A stretch of DNA of 64,000 nucleotides, taken from the NCBI GenBank assembly GCA_024704765.1, contig JAKMXF010000301.1, positions 279,807-343,806 of the forward strand, given 5' to 3'. Position 1 is the first letter of the stretch, and the number at the start of each line of letters is the position of its first letter. Below, in pieces: positions 37,030 to 49,109 of this stretch. The position numbers and the translations under genes are program-made. The notes beneath the pieces were generated by a model. The model saw nothing but the letters and a program-made list of their open reading frames with translations. It was not told where the DNA came from and did no database searches. Source of the DNA: Oopsacas minuta. Its lineage: Eukaryota > Animalia > Porifera.

Positions 37030-39619
37030 TAGGTGTTTCCAAACTGGGGGTCGTGGGACATTGCATTAGCTCGAATTCATAAACAGTTGAGGGATCTAAT
37101 TTAGCAAGTTGTCACTTATCTTTGTTTCGTTTGACCAAGTCTGTTTATGGTTGCTTTAGTGTCTGAAAACATATAGTATTATGGTGTTACTTCAAAACTT
37201 AATTTTGAATGGTGTAAACTTACTTATGATGTAATTATAACAACTATACTGAACAATATGCATAGTGCATACTTATTACAGTGTCATTAGTAGGTTAATG
37301 TTATTTAAGTACATTTACGCAATAATTATGTAATAGAAATTTTCTAAAATCAAGATCAACTATCATGGCAACGGCTCCAATAAAGCGGAAGTACGCAGAA
37401 GATTATATTAACTATGGATTTACCTATATTCAAAGTTCGGGAATTCAAAAGCCCCCGATGTGTCGTATGCAATGAGACTCTCTCAGCCGAATCAATGAAA
37501 CCGAGTAAATTAAAAAGACATCTCGAAACTCGTCATCCTGAATATTCATCTAAAGATCCTTCATTTTTCATAAGGATGGAAATTCTGTTGAAGCGATCAA
37601 GACTTGATACAACAGGCACTTATCAACAACAGTCGTTCACCTGTATTGAAGCTTCATACCTTGTATCTTTAAGAATAGCAAGAAAGTACAAACCTCACAC
37701 AATTGGAGAGGACCGCATACTCCCTTGTGCAAAGGACATGGTTCAACTTATTTTTGGAAATGAATTCGCCAAAAGGTATCATGCTCCCTCTTTCTAATAA
37801 CACCGTCGAGCGAAGAATTTCTGATATATCGGATAATATCCTGAAACAGATGTTTAATCATGCTCACAATTAATGGTATACTGCCGTTATGTTCACAATA
37901 ATAAATTTAAGGAAGAGTTCTTGTTCTGTCGTGAACTTTAAACCACAACCAGAGCACAGGATGCCTTTGAATTGATTGACAATTTTTTCCAAGATAATGA
38001 ACTCGAGTGGAAGGATTTGTGTGGTGTTGTAGTGATGGAGCACCAGTTATGCTTGGTTCGCGTTCAGGCTTTCAAAAGCTTTTCCAAAGGTAAAACACCA
38101 CAAGTCACAGGAGTACACTGCGTGATCCATAGACAAGCGCTAGCTTGTAAAACTATGCCACCACAGCTCTTACAAATTATGTCTATAATAATAAAGATAG
38201 TTAACTTTATCAAATCCAGTGCACTTAACACACAGCTTTTCAGAGAACTATGCGAGGACATGACCGCTAGTCACCAAACTCTACTCTTTTACACTCAAGT
38301 ACGTTGGCTTTCAAAAGGAAATGTTCTTAAACGAGTCCAAATATTGCTTCCGGAGATAAAGGTATTCCTTGACCAAAACGCAAAACATGAATTTTGGCAA
38401 TAATCTCAGATAATCTTTAATATTATAGACATAATTTGTAAGAGCTGTGGTGGCATAGTTTTACAAGCTAGCGCTTGTCTATGGATCACGCAGTGTACTC
38501 CTGTGACTTGTGGTGTTTTACCTTTGGAAAAGCTTTTGAAAGCCTGAACGCGAACCAAGCATAACTGGTGCTCCATCACTACAACACCACACAAATCCTT
38601 CCACTCGAGTTCATTATCTTGGAAAAAATTGTCAATCAATTCAAAGGCATCCTGTGCTCTGGTTGTGGTTTAAAGTTCACGACAGAACAAGAACTCTTCC
38701 TTAAATTTATTATTGTGAACATAACGGCAGTATACCATTAATTGTGAGCATGATTAAACATCTGTTTCAGGATATTATCCGATATATCAGAAATTCTTCG
38801 CTCGACGGTGTTATTAGAAAGAGGGAGCATGATACCTTTTGGCGAATTCATTTCCAAAAATAAGTTGAACCATGTCCTTTGCACAAGGGAGTATGCGGTC
38901 CTCTCCAATTGTGTGAGGTTTGTACTTTCTTGCTATTCTTAAAGATACAAGGTATGAAGCTTCAATACAGGTGAACGACTGTTGTTGATAAGTGCCTGTT
39001 GTATCAAGTCTTGATCGCTTCAACAGAATTTCCATCCTTATGAAAAATGAAGGATCTTTAGATGAATATTCAGGATGACGAGTTTCGAGATGTCTTTTTA
39101 ATTTACTCGGTTTCATTGATTCGGCTGAGAGAGTCTCATTGCATACGACACATCGGGGGCTTTTGAATTCCCGAACTTTGAATATAGGTAAATCCATAGT
39201 TAATATAATCTTCTGCGTACTTCCGCTTTATTGGAGCCGTTGCCATGATAGTTGATCTTGATTTTAGAAAATTTCTATTACATAATTATTGCGTAAATGT
39301 ACTTAAATAACATTAACCTACTAATGACACTGTAATAAGTATGCACTATGCATATTGTTCAGTATAGTTGTTATAATTACATCATAAGTAAGTTTACACC
39401 ATTCAAAATTAAGTTTTGAAGTAACACCATAATACTATATGTTTTCAGACACTAAAGCAACCATAAACAGACTTGGTCAAACGAAACAAAGATAAGTGAC
39501 AACTTGCTAAATTAGATCCCTCAACTGTTTATGAATTCGAGCTAATGCAATGTCCCACGACCCCCTCGAAATTGTTCAGCGACCCCTTGAGGGTCGCGCC
39601 CCAAGTTTGGGAAACACTG
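37030..39619. mobile_element. Foldback (inverted-duplication) derivative of a Buster/Charlie-type hAT element: two 5' halves tail to tail
   Basis: Arm 37046-38199 is the reverse complement of 38412-39565, with constant coordinate sum 76611 at both ends and identical ORF translations on both strands. The 212-bp spacer continues the transposase (TQVRWLSKG). BED finger PRCVVCNETLSAESMKPSKLKRHLETRH. The hAT terminus CAGTGTTTCCCAAACT is at 39619 (minus), with a degenerate copy at about 37030. Confidence 0.93.
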
Positions 39620-39761
39620 GTTTAGGGGTTAGAGACTGAAAAATAGAAATTCCCCAATAGATTTGGAACTCCCCTCATAGTGGTCAAAGGCTGGAGATGA
39701 ATTGTCGAGATTAGGCCGAGTTTATTGTATATATAACAAAATGTAACTATGTTTGTATGTA

Positions 39762-41058
39762 CAGGGTGGCCAATAAGATCTGACCCATTGATAAAAATTC
39801 ATAATTTACGAAATATCAAACTATATTCACTGAGACTTATTCCAGTTCTATTAGAAAACTATATCAATACATTCGATAGTAGCTACTCAATGTAACCACA
39901 TTCATTTCGACTACCCTCTTCAAACGTTGGGGGAACGTCTCAACCGCGATTCGTAGGTTAGCCTGTGGAACTTTTCCCACTCACGGGGCAAAGACTTCTT
40001 CAGAGCTTCAACACTTGAATGTGACTTTGCATTTTCTCCAATACGGACCAGATTGAGAAGTCCATTGGATTCAAGTCTGGGCTTGATAGAGGCCATTCAC
40101 ATTGGTAAAGAAATCCAGAATGTTTTCTCGTAAACAATTTAGGGAAATGTTTGATGGCTGAGCTTGTGCGCCGTCTTGCTGGAATAGAAATGGCTCTTTG
40201 TTAAACATCGTTTTGCTCAAATCTTTCACCACAGGCTCCAGAATCAACTTTTGATATGTTGACGAATTTATTTACCCCTACTGGGACAAAAACCAATGGA
40301 GTACGGCTTACTGCTGAGATTCCGGCCCAAACCATCACCGACTGAGGTTTCTGAGTCCGTTTGACATACAGATGCTTTTCTGTGATGCTCGAAGAGGTGC
40401 GGGCTAATATTCGATCACTCTGCTTATTAGTCGCTTCTTCTATGGTGAATAATTTCTCGTCAGAAAATATGAATCTACCAGGGGTTGAGTTGCGAGCCGA
40501 GTCAGTATGCCCTTGCTTCTAGCAAGTCTCTTTATCACAATTTTTCTCAGAAAGGAAGTCAACTGTTCTTCTTTCAAAAGATTTGAGGTGCAAGTCATTT
40601 TTCACAAGGTTATACATCGATCCATGCGAACTTGGAGCTCATAGACCATTTTTCTGGAGAAATCGTCGAGGATTTCGCCGTATTCTATCGATCACAACTT
40701 TTTTCAGCCTCGGAGTTGTACCGACTTTGGTCGACCGCTTCTTGGCATATCTTTTATGCCCCTAGTCTTATTATAACGTTGGATAGTGCGATAAACGATT
40801 TTCCTCCTCGATTTAGGGATATGGACTAGGTTCAAAATTACTCCTGGACGTTTTCCATTAGAAAGTAATTCAATTATTGCTGCTCTTTCCTGATTCATTG
40901 TGAAAAAACTCTTGTGTGGGCTAATATGCAATCAAGGCGTTAGATGATGGTAGATAAATGGTCTACTCAAGATATAATTCATTAGAAATAGCGAATACTT
41001 ACATATCTTACATTATTGTGAGTTTTTACTTTTGGGTCAGAACTTATTGGCCACCCTG
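39762..41058 (-). mobile_element. maT (DD37D) Tc1/mariner element, 1297 bp, decayed
   Basis: TIRs CAGGGTGGCCAATAAGATCTGACCCA and TGGGTCAGAACTTATTGGCCACCCTG with flanks TA and CA. Motifs IFSDEK, VMVWAGIS and FQQDGA..SPDLNPMD give D-(37)-D after restoring a 1-nt deletion. Confidence 0.88.
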
Positions 41059-42173
41059 CATATCCGGAAAGCTCATCGAAGTTTGATGGACCATTTTGGA
41101 CAAATTTGTGAGCAATAAGATTATGGGTGAAAACTCGAGGAGTTATCAAGAGATGGAAGCACATTAACTAAGTTACCTGCATATTTTCACACATTTCTGA
41201 TAGAATTCGAAGAGAAACATTGATAGGAATGCCTTCATTTTCTCAACGATATTCCTCAATTGCTCATATGTAAATATACACTCATCCCAAATTAACAATT
41301 ATCATTACCTCTAGAAGGAAATTAGATCAGCTGTAGCTATTTGTGCAATAGGACCGGTGTTAAATTCTGCAATATGTGACTAAATACTATGTGAATATTT
41401 GGAAACTTACGTAAAGTGCAACTTTTGGACATATTTGAAAATAATCAAATGCTTATACCTATTTCTGTTAAAATCGAAACAAAATTAATGTCGATATTCG
41501 TAATAAGTGCAAGATTTCTAGTAATTTGAGTGGTCATTCGAATAAAAATATTCCCTTAGCAAAGCAGGACTGTGACACCATGGGAAAAAAATTAAAGGAA
41601 TCAATTAAGAATAATTGGAATTTCAAAGGGCATGCTTCATATAGTTTAAGCTAAATTCAAATCATGGCTTCCAAATGTAAAATTTACTAACTGCATTTTT
41701 GTAAATTTGTATTTCGTTGGAATGCTTCATCCATAGTCCATACTAAATAAATATTCATCATGTTTGCTTAAAAGAAATTCTTACCCCTTCTTCATATTTT
41801 TCGATGAATTTCTTTCCCTAAAGAGCTACAACTCCCAATAGTTGGATGCTCAAATGTTCTTTATAAGAATTTTTAAACTGGACTCATAGTTTTACTAATT
41901 CGGTGGCATGTATAGCCTAATTTCAGTAGGCCATAGTATAACTTTATCTCTAAATACTAATCAGGGATTGAAAGAACTTCAACTGCGAATTTTTCCCTAA
42001 AGGAAATCAAACATTTTAATGAATGCATATAAAATATATAGAAGTAGATATTAGCCTTTAATATTAGACAAGGGTTTTGACTTAGTCAATCATCAACTCT
42101 TGTTACTTAAATTAGAGTTGATCAAATGGCTTAGGAGCTAAATATCTGATCTCATCAATGTGTATCTGTAAAT

Positions 42174-42788
42174 CAGGGTGCCAAACTGTGGCCCGGAGGA
42201 CCATTCGGTGTGACACGCAGATAATTCGCTTGTTTTCATTATTCATATTCATATATACAGAAATTGACATGCCTCAATCGTCAGATAATAATTGTTTTTT
42301 CTAAAACACCATATAGAAATAATTATAGATACTCTACAAATCCATTAATGTTCCTAGTATGAATAAAGTCATTTGTAACATAGTTGGCATTTAGAATTCT
42401 ATCAATCATTAGAGCTTCACAAGTATAAGTATAACGTGGGACGCAGAACCAAAATTGAAATGAGGAGATTTTTCTATAATGTTATTCTAGTATGAACAGT
42501 ACATAGTATACCCCAAATCTAGGATCTAGGTTTAGTACTATTGTCCACTTGCTAGAAAACAAGCTGATTCCAAAATAGAAATCAAATGATTCGAATTCAT
42601 TTAAGAGATTATAATTTAAGTCAATAACCTGAATTTACAAGTAGAATACATTGTTAGTGCAATATGAGGTCAAATAGGATAACTTGAAAATTGATTAACT
42701 AAAGCCAGAGGCCATCTATTATTTGTGGCGGGTAAGGCGGAGACAAATTTTTAAAGTGGCCCTTAGATTTAAAAGTTTGAGCACCCCG
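42174..42788. mobile_element. hAT-type non-autonomous element (615 bp), about 220 bp inside SF3B1 intron 1
   Basis: Termini CAGGGTGCCAAACTGTGGCCCG and GGCCCTTAGATTTAAAAGTTTGAGCACCCCG. 8-bp TSD CTGTAAAT and CTGTAGAT match at 7/8. Confidence 0.75.
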
Positions 42789-43011
42789 CTGTAGATAATA
42801 TATTTTATACTTCAAGTAAAATAAAATGTGGGGTACCACAAGGTTCTATACTTACACATTCCCTTATATTAAACCAAAGAATCAAAAGTCCAAAAATAAA
42901 GAAGGTAGAATGGGTCATGGGCACTGGTAAAGGCAATTGAAGGATAATTGAGTGAGGTTGCCGGTGACCTGGCGACTTCAACCAAATTAATTAACAGTTA
43001 TAACCATTTAC

Positions 43012-43269
43012 CTTGCGCTGATCATATCTATCGAAAAGAGAATTAGGTTCATCAATCTTGCTATTATCAGTCAATCCCAAATTCATTGGGATATCAGCCT
43101 GTACAGTATGTGTATCTTCATCCTCATGGTGGTCAGTTAAATGTAGAGAAGGGAGATAACCTTCAAATTTATCTCCGGTATCATAAATGTGTTGATCGAA
43201 ATTGCTCTGATTCAATTTAGTTGTATTTGAGCTTTCAATAATAGTTTCTTGAGAGTCTAACTTCGACAT
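43012..43269 (-). CDS. SF3B1: SF3B1 first coding exon
   Basis: NFDQHIYDTGDKFEGYLPSLHLTDHHEDED aligns to human [30 protein letters not shown]. Donor AAG|gtaaat at 43012/43011, phase 0, joins exon 2 in frame. The start is uncertain because an acceptor-like AG lies 4 nt upstream. Confidence 0.85.
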
Positions 43270-43290
43270 ATCCCTATAAAATAAGTAGAA
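43270..43290 (-). promoter_or_regulatory. 3' splice-site-like signal immediately upstream of the SF3B1 ATG
   Basis: Minus strand reads TTCTACTTATTTTATAG|GGAT-ATG. Confidence 0.55.
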
Positions 43291-43843
43291 TATATTAATC
43301 TAAGGTTTGGGAATAGCAGTCACTTTAGTATATTGGTGATGAAACCAGACCCAAATTTCGAGATCTGAAAGGCTCTCAAACTGGGTAACATCAAAATCAT
43401 GTGATTTGTGAAAAATCTCATGATTCTATCGTAATTACACGATATAGTATCAGTATTATAAGAAAAGACCAAGGATTTGATTGTAATCGTATCCGGAAAT
43501 CGTGAGAGTTGAGAGCCCTGGATTTGGTACCATCTGAGGTGCCAAATTGTAATTTCACATTTTCATTAGTCACAAACCTCAAGCAACGGTTTGATATGAT
43601 AATACTTGCAGATTGGCAGCTTAGTGTGATTAATCACTCGTTTGAATGACTATACTACCTATCATCCCATGAGTCATAGCTATAATTTTGACAAAAAGGC
43701 GTTTCTCGAGGTGGTGGAAATACCCTTCGGCAAAAGACTGTTTAGAAAGTGGCTACAGTACCGATACCGGGATCGTCTAAATTCACCTTGCAATACCGGT
43801 AACATAAATTACTGTGAATCATTGTCGGTGTATATGTGTATAG

Positions 43844-46800
43844 GGTACAATTGCAGAATCTTGCACCCCTAACGTTTTTAAGGTGGTAAAAAAATCCCTA
43901 TATGCACCATTCAAGAACTCGTTGAGAGAAGTTGATAGAGCTAAAGAATTCCAAATCGGATTAAAATTGACAAAGTTACGAAAAATTTACTCTCTAAGCC
44001 AAATCCTATGGGGAAAATTGTATATTACTCACTATAGCCAAATTGTATTGATTTATACATTACAATTACCATAGGAATCCTCATACTGTTGATATTGCGG
44101 TTATACACGCTTGTTACTCTACTCTTTCTTGTTCATTTGTTTGCTGTCAGTGTATTTCACTGCAGGTAATTCTTCTTGTTACTTTAAAGGAAAGCTGGTC
44201 AGAAGATAATGCTGTCTACAACACTAAATATACGATGCAACATTTCATTGAATACTTTATAGTGGCACCTCGATAATTCGAACCTAGTTAATAGAATTCC
44301 AGATATGACGCATATATTTGCATATATTCTGTTTCCTAAAATGGTAGTTCAATTTGTATTACTCCGGCCAAGGCAAACCAATTTGATCGTTCGTTTGTGT
44401 TTGTATCAATGTTAGAAACAATTCATGTACTATTTAATCGCATAGTTATTGATCCAGCTTCTCTCAAGGTTCGTTAGTAATGTTGGGACAAAGTTTTCAT
44501 GGATTTCTACTTATGATAGTGGACAGTATATTATATATATGACACCCCATGGCTGTATACAATAGTATGGGTAGTCGTTATATTTGGAGTAACTAATTAG
44601 TATTAAGCTTTCTATATACTACTTTAACTCCAAATCGACAATATAACAAGTACTGCTACAAAAGAAACACCAAAGCAAAAGTATGGTACTAATTACAGGT
44701 TACTGATAACTATCAAAACAGTTAGACAACTAGATATTGTTTCCTTATTTCCATGATAAGGTTGGAGAAACTAGCTTGTTCAGATTTTTTCTGCCAACAC
44801 ACTTAAGATAAGTGGGTATCTAAAAGTCCAATTGGTTGAGGATTGACTAAAAATTCCTCAACGCATAGGTCTCTGAGGAAGTTCCTCCAGTGTGTTATAG
44901 TATGCTCTCCCCACCCCAGATTCTTGTGTAAAAAGGCAGTAGTTTGCAGATTATCGGCCCAGAAATAGAGAAATTCTAGCGACTCAGTTAATGGTATATG
45001 AGCACTTTCAGAGAATGAACCAATCCTCATGTAAGCGATTTTTTTGAATGACTTTTCCGGGCACCTCCACCCCTTTCCATTTGCAATACCTGAAAATGTT
45101 CCGGGTCGCATAATTCTAGCGCATTTGCACATCATCCCGGTAGCAAAAAGTCCGTTACTTTTGAGCCATGCTATACAAGTATCTTCATCAATAGTGATAT
45201 TACGAAAAAGTTGTTCTAAGGTCATTTCTTCAATAACTGGAACTATAGTAGGAACCAGCAGAGGTTGCAACGATGGAGCAATTGCCATTAAGGATTCTAT
45301 TATAGAAATATCACCACTCGAAAAATTAGAATTTGTTAGTATATTTCCCTGATATTCCTTTTATACTTTACTTAGGATTAATCGAAATGCATTGTATGAT
45401 CGTTTGGAATGTATTCTTTAATTATAGGTAATAATTACATGTGGTTTGCATGCCACTTTCCTAAACCATTTGTTGTTCAACTCAATAACCAGACAAACAG
45501 CATTCCAATTATAATAAATTTGTATGTAATTGATACTGGTAAACTATAAACACATCAAAAATCCATACAATAGAAATTAAATCTGAAACCACATATTTTT
45601 ACCACACTTCTCATGTTTAATCTCAAGCATATTTACCATATTTTAGGTGATTGTTGGTTGTAAAGTTTATTTATGTAAATAATCCCATAATCAAATAAAT
45701 TTCTCATTCGGATCGTTATATTGTCTTTCGTTAATCAATTTTGATAACAATAACTAGTAAATAGATTTTGATTGGGCCATATTAATCCCAAATTAGGCAA
45801 TGTACCTAGTACGTAGCTCATTACAATTTCCTAAATCAAGAGAAAATCGTCTTGAGTGAGTCACTAATTTTCACTCGATTACCAGAATTGTCCTAATTAA
45901 GCGGAGTTGACTGTCAAATAATAATCCTGGTATTGTAGGGACGCAGGAATCACATACTTGCTGTTTCAGCATTCATCGCATCTCACCATTAATATAGATT
46001 GCTAATTATTGGTTCGGAGCGACCGCCGAACCTGTTGCACCACCTCATAAGGCCCTGTACTGTAAACTTCCGTCATAAGCTAACATCAATTATATGGCTA
46101 AACTCACGCTATGACAAAGTGATTCATAAACCCCCTCCAGGTTGAAAGTATTGATCTTACTCCGCATATATCCTAATGCTGCTGATCACGAAATGAAACC
46201 GGGTTCCATACCGGTCCAGAGCACTTCGTTATAATGAGAATGTGTTGCAGTTACAAACTGATTACACTTGCTCAAGTTTACCTATAATAGACATTTGACC
46301 CCACACATTTGGTTCAGGCAAGAAATATCACCCGTATTTTATTAGCTACCCAAAACTTGATACTTTTGCTCTCCACTGGCTAAACATTATCGGGGTATTA
46401 CAGCGTCAAGTGTCAACCCCATACTTGTCAACATGAGTGAGGAATAAAAAGCGAGACAGAAGGGGCTAATTGAGCGAGACATCGTCGGATCCAGCATATT
46501 TGTATTAGACTGGACAACAAAATAGAGGGACAATTAAGGGTTTTATCAAGTTTAGGCTGGACATTAGCCTCATTGGCAATCAACACATATTCGGGCCGAG
46601 AAATCGTAGTGTCCCACCAACCAACGGAACAGTTGGCAAGTATGGTACGTTTGAACGACTTCATATACAGGATGCAATTTAGGTGCAAGCATAATATTAA
46701 ATGCAATGTTGCAATGTATATTTAGTGTTGCAGACAGCATTATCTTCTGACCAGCTTTCCTTTAAAGTAACAAGAAGAATTACCTGCAGTGAAATACACT

Positions 46801-47080
46801 GATAGCAAACAAATGAACATGAAAGAGTAGAGTAACAAGCGTGTATAACCGCAATATTGACAGTATGAGCATTCCTATGGTAATTGTAATGTATAAATCA
46901 CTACAATTTTCCCTATAGGATTTGGCTTAGAGAGTAAATTTTTCGTAACTTTGTCAATTTTAATCCGATTTCGGAGTTCTTTAGCTCTATCAATTTCTCT
47001 CAACGAGTTCTTGAACGGTGCACATAGGGATTTTTGACCACGTTAAAAACGTTGTGGGTGTAAGATTCTGCAATTGTACC
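43844..47080 (-). mobile_element. Merlin (IS1016/IS1595-like) element with about 380-400-bp TIRs and truncated transposase
   Basis: Inverted repeats 43844-44243 and 46705-47080 both start GGTACAATTGCAGAATC. The internal ORF 44803-45288 has C.C..M..NGKGWRCP..K..YMRIGSF..WADN..T..WRNFLRDLC..PQPIG, the Merlin N-terminal half, and ends before the DDE. No TSD recognised. Confidence 0.75.
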
Positions 47081-47380
47081 ATTATTTGACTGCCAAAAGG
47101 TGTATTTTCGTATTTAGGGACATTGGCAACAGACCAACTTCTGCTTTTGACTTCACCCACCCAGCGTATATATTTCAGATATACAATCTTCGAAAGTTCA
47201 TATCTTTGCCCATACACAACGGTACGTCAAAAATCCAAGATTATCAAAATAATCATCCTCTTAATGATTATAAGACAAGTAAATGTAATATTTGTATATG
47301 TTCTGGTAAATATACATATATACTGTTGGAATCATAGATAGAATTCAATATTCCTTGAGGCATTACAAAATATTTATCGT

Positions 47381-47449
47381 TACTGACTCAGGTGTGTCGA
47401 AAGACCTTTAACACCTGAGTCTAGCTATCTAGACTGCCATGAGTCAGTA
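47381..47449 (+). other. 69-nt sequence folding into a three-way junction
   Basis: TACTGACTCA pairs with TGAGTCAGTA (10 bp), GGTGT with ACACC enclosing GTC-GAAA-GAC, and AGTCTAG-CTAT-CTAGACT forms a 7-bp hairpin. Confidence 0.6.
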
Positions 47450-47799
47450 GAAAGGCAAACAAATCATAATCAGAACTAAGGCAAGCCATTAACGCAAAAA
47501 GTGAAACTTTACAAAAATCTAAACTAAGTGGTCCATATCCTTTATCAAGTTTAAATTCCCCATGTGATTGATGAAGCGTGTTTCAATGGTGTAGTTGGTA
47601 AGATCATACCCTAGTAACCTGATTGTCCTGGGATCATAACCCATACTTGCATCACCGTTAGTAAAACTAAAATATATTGCTTCAAATGGCACTATTGGTG
47701 GATTTTCCTCTACTTTTTTCGTATAGGTCAGAATTGTAGAATATACTAGGGTAATAATATCAGGTGGTCCAAAACAAAGTGTATCCGACAAAATTATTT

Positions 47800-48900
47800 G
47801 CAATAATAAATTAACTATAATCCAATTTAGCATTGATTACTAAAGAAATTAACGATACATTTCTTATATAGAAGTGATCAATATTACCTAAAACAATAAT
47901 GTTGCTAATAGTTAATCTTTTCTCACCAGAGGCAATTACCTGATCACACCTTTTATCATTGAACTTGGGATCTAGAAAGAAATCAGGCTCAAATGTTTCC
48001 CACTGAGAATGTATCATACTCTCCACTTCCTCAATTGCCTTTGGGGCGTTGACCATTATTTTGTGCTTCAGTACACCCCATAAATTCTCAATAGGGTTGA
48101 GATCCGGACTATTGAGAGGCCAGTCTATGTCTAACACGGTGTGTCTCTTTGAAAGCACATGAAAACCTTGATGTATGGATCCCGAATTAACCTCTTACAA
48201 TTTCCAGCCATCAGGGTATAATGTTTCTGCAATCTGAAACAGAACTTCATTTAAAACATCCCAATAATTTTCTGAATTAAAGTTATGCTTGAATGTCTTC
48301 ACTGGGGTGGCACCTCGAGCAGAAATTCCTCCCCAAATGTGTACAATGGGAGTATGACGTGGAATATTGAGGATTGGTCGTTCACCTCTTGTCCACATTC
48401 GAATTCTAGCCTGATTTAGCCAGATAGAACATTCATCCTTGAATATTATCTTGTGCCAATGAATATTCCTTATGTCTCTTGACCCAATCGATACGTATTT
48501 TCTCATTCTATTGAGTGATTCCCGGCCCTCTGATCAGAACTTTCTTAGAAAGTCCCATACTCTTTATTGTCCTCCGTACCGACTTTCTAGATATATCTAT
48601 ACCCTGAGTGACCTGAAATTCACTTGCTATCCTTCTTACAGATACTTGTGGAATTTTCGGAGCTTGGCTACAAGAGATATCTTGCAATTTTGGACATTTT
48701 CATTTGGCTACCAGCTCCTTTTCGATGCTACAAATTTATGGAATCTGACAATGTAGCTTTGACATTATACATGGTCTTCAGAGAAACTCCACATCGCTTG
48801 CAATTGACTTTATAGTAGTTACCAATTTGAATAACTCCGAAACTTCTTGACGTTTGGCCTGTTACATAGATTTCGAAGAATCATAATTCACCACAGAATA
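47800..48900 (-). pseudogene. Decayed Tc1 (DD34E-like) transposase
   Basis: IIFKDEC, VHIWGGISARG and DWPLNSPDLNPIENLWGVLK motifs. Termini are poorly preserved. Confidence 0.78.
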
Positions 48901-49109
48901 GGGATAAAATGCTCAGTAATCACCAAGGATGACGCGACTAAATCAAAGAAATTATGTAAAAAATCAAAAAAATTTGGAATAACAAAAATATGTATTATAT
49001 TTGCAATATTACGGGTCTTAAGAAAGAATCTGATAATTGTGAATAATTTCCCGTCAGACTGTGTGTTAGATATTTAAGCAATCAGAGAAGTTTGTTATAA
49101 TATATAGAT

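Noticed and set aside
37046-39565. Palindrome as a pure assembly or foldback-read artefact
   Set aside because: The duplication ends at the hAT termini, has different unique flanks and an asymmetric spacer, and SF3B1 exon order is preserved across it. This is disfavoured but not excluded without reads.
45930-46700. LINE reverse-transcriptase remnant (PVWNP-like stretch)
   Set aside because: No YADD or QG-type RT motifs were found in any frame, so the resemblance is too weak.
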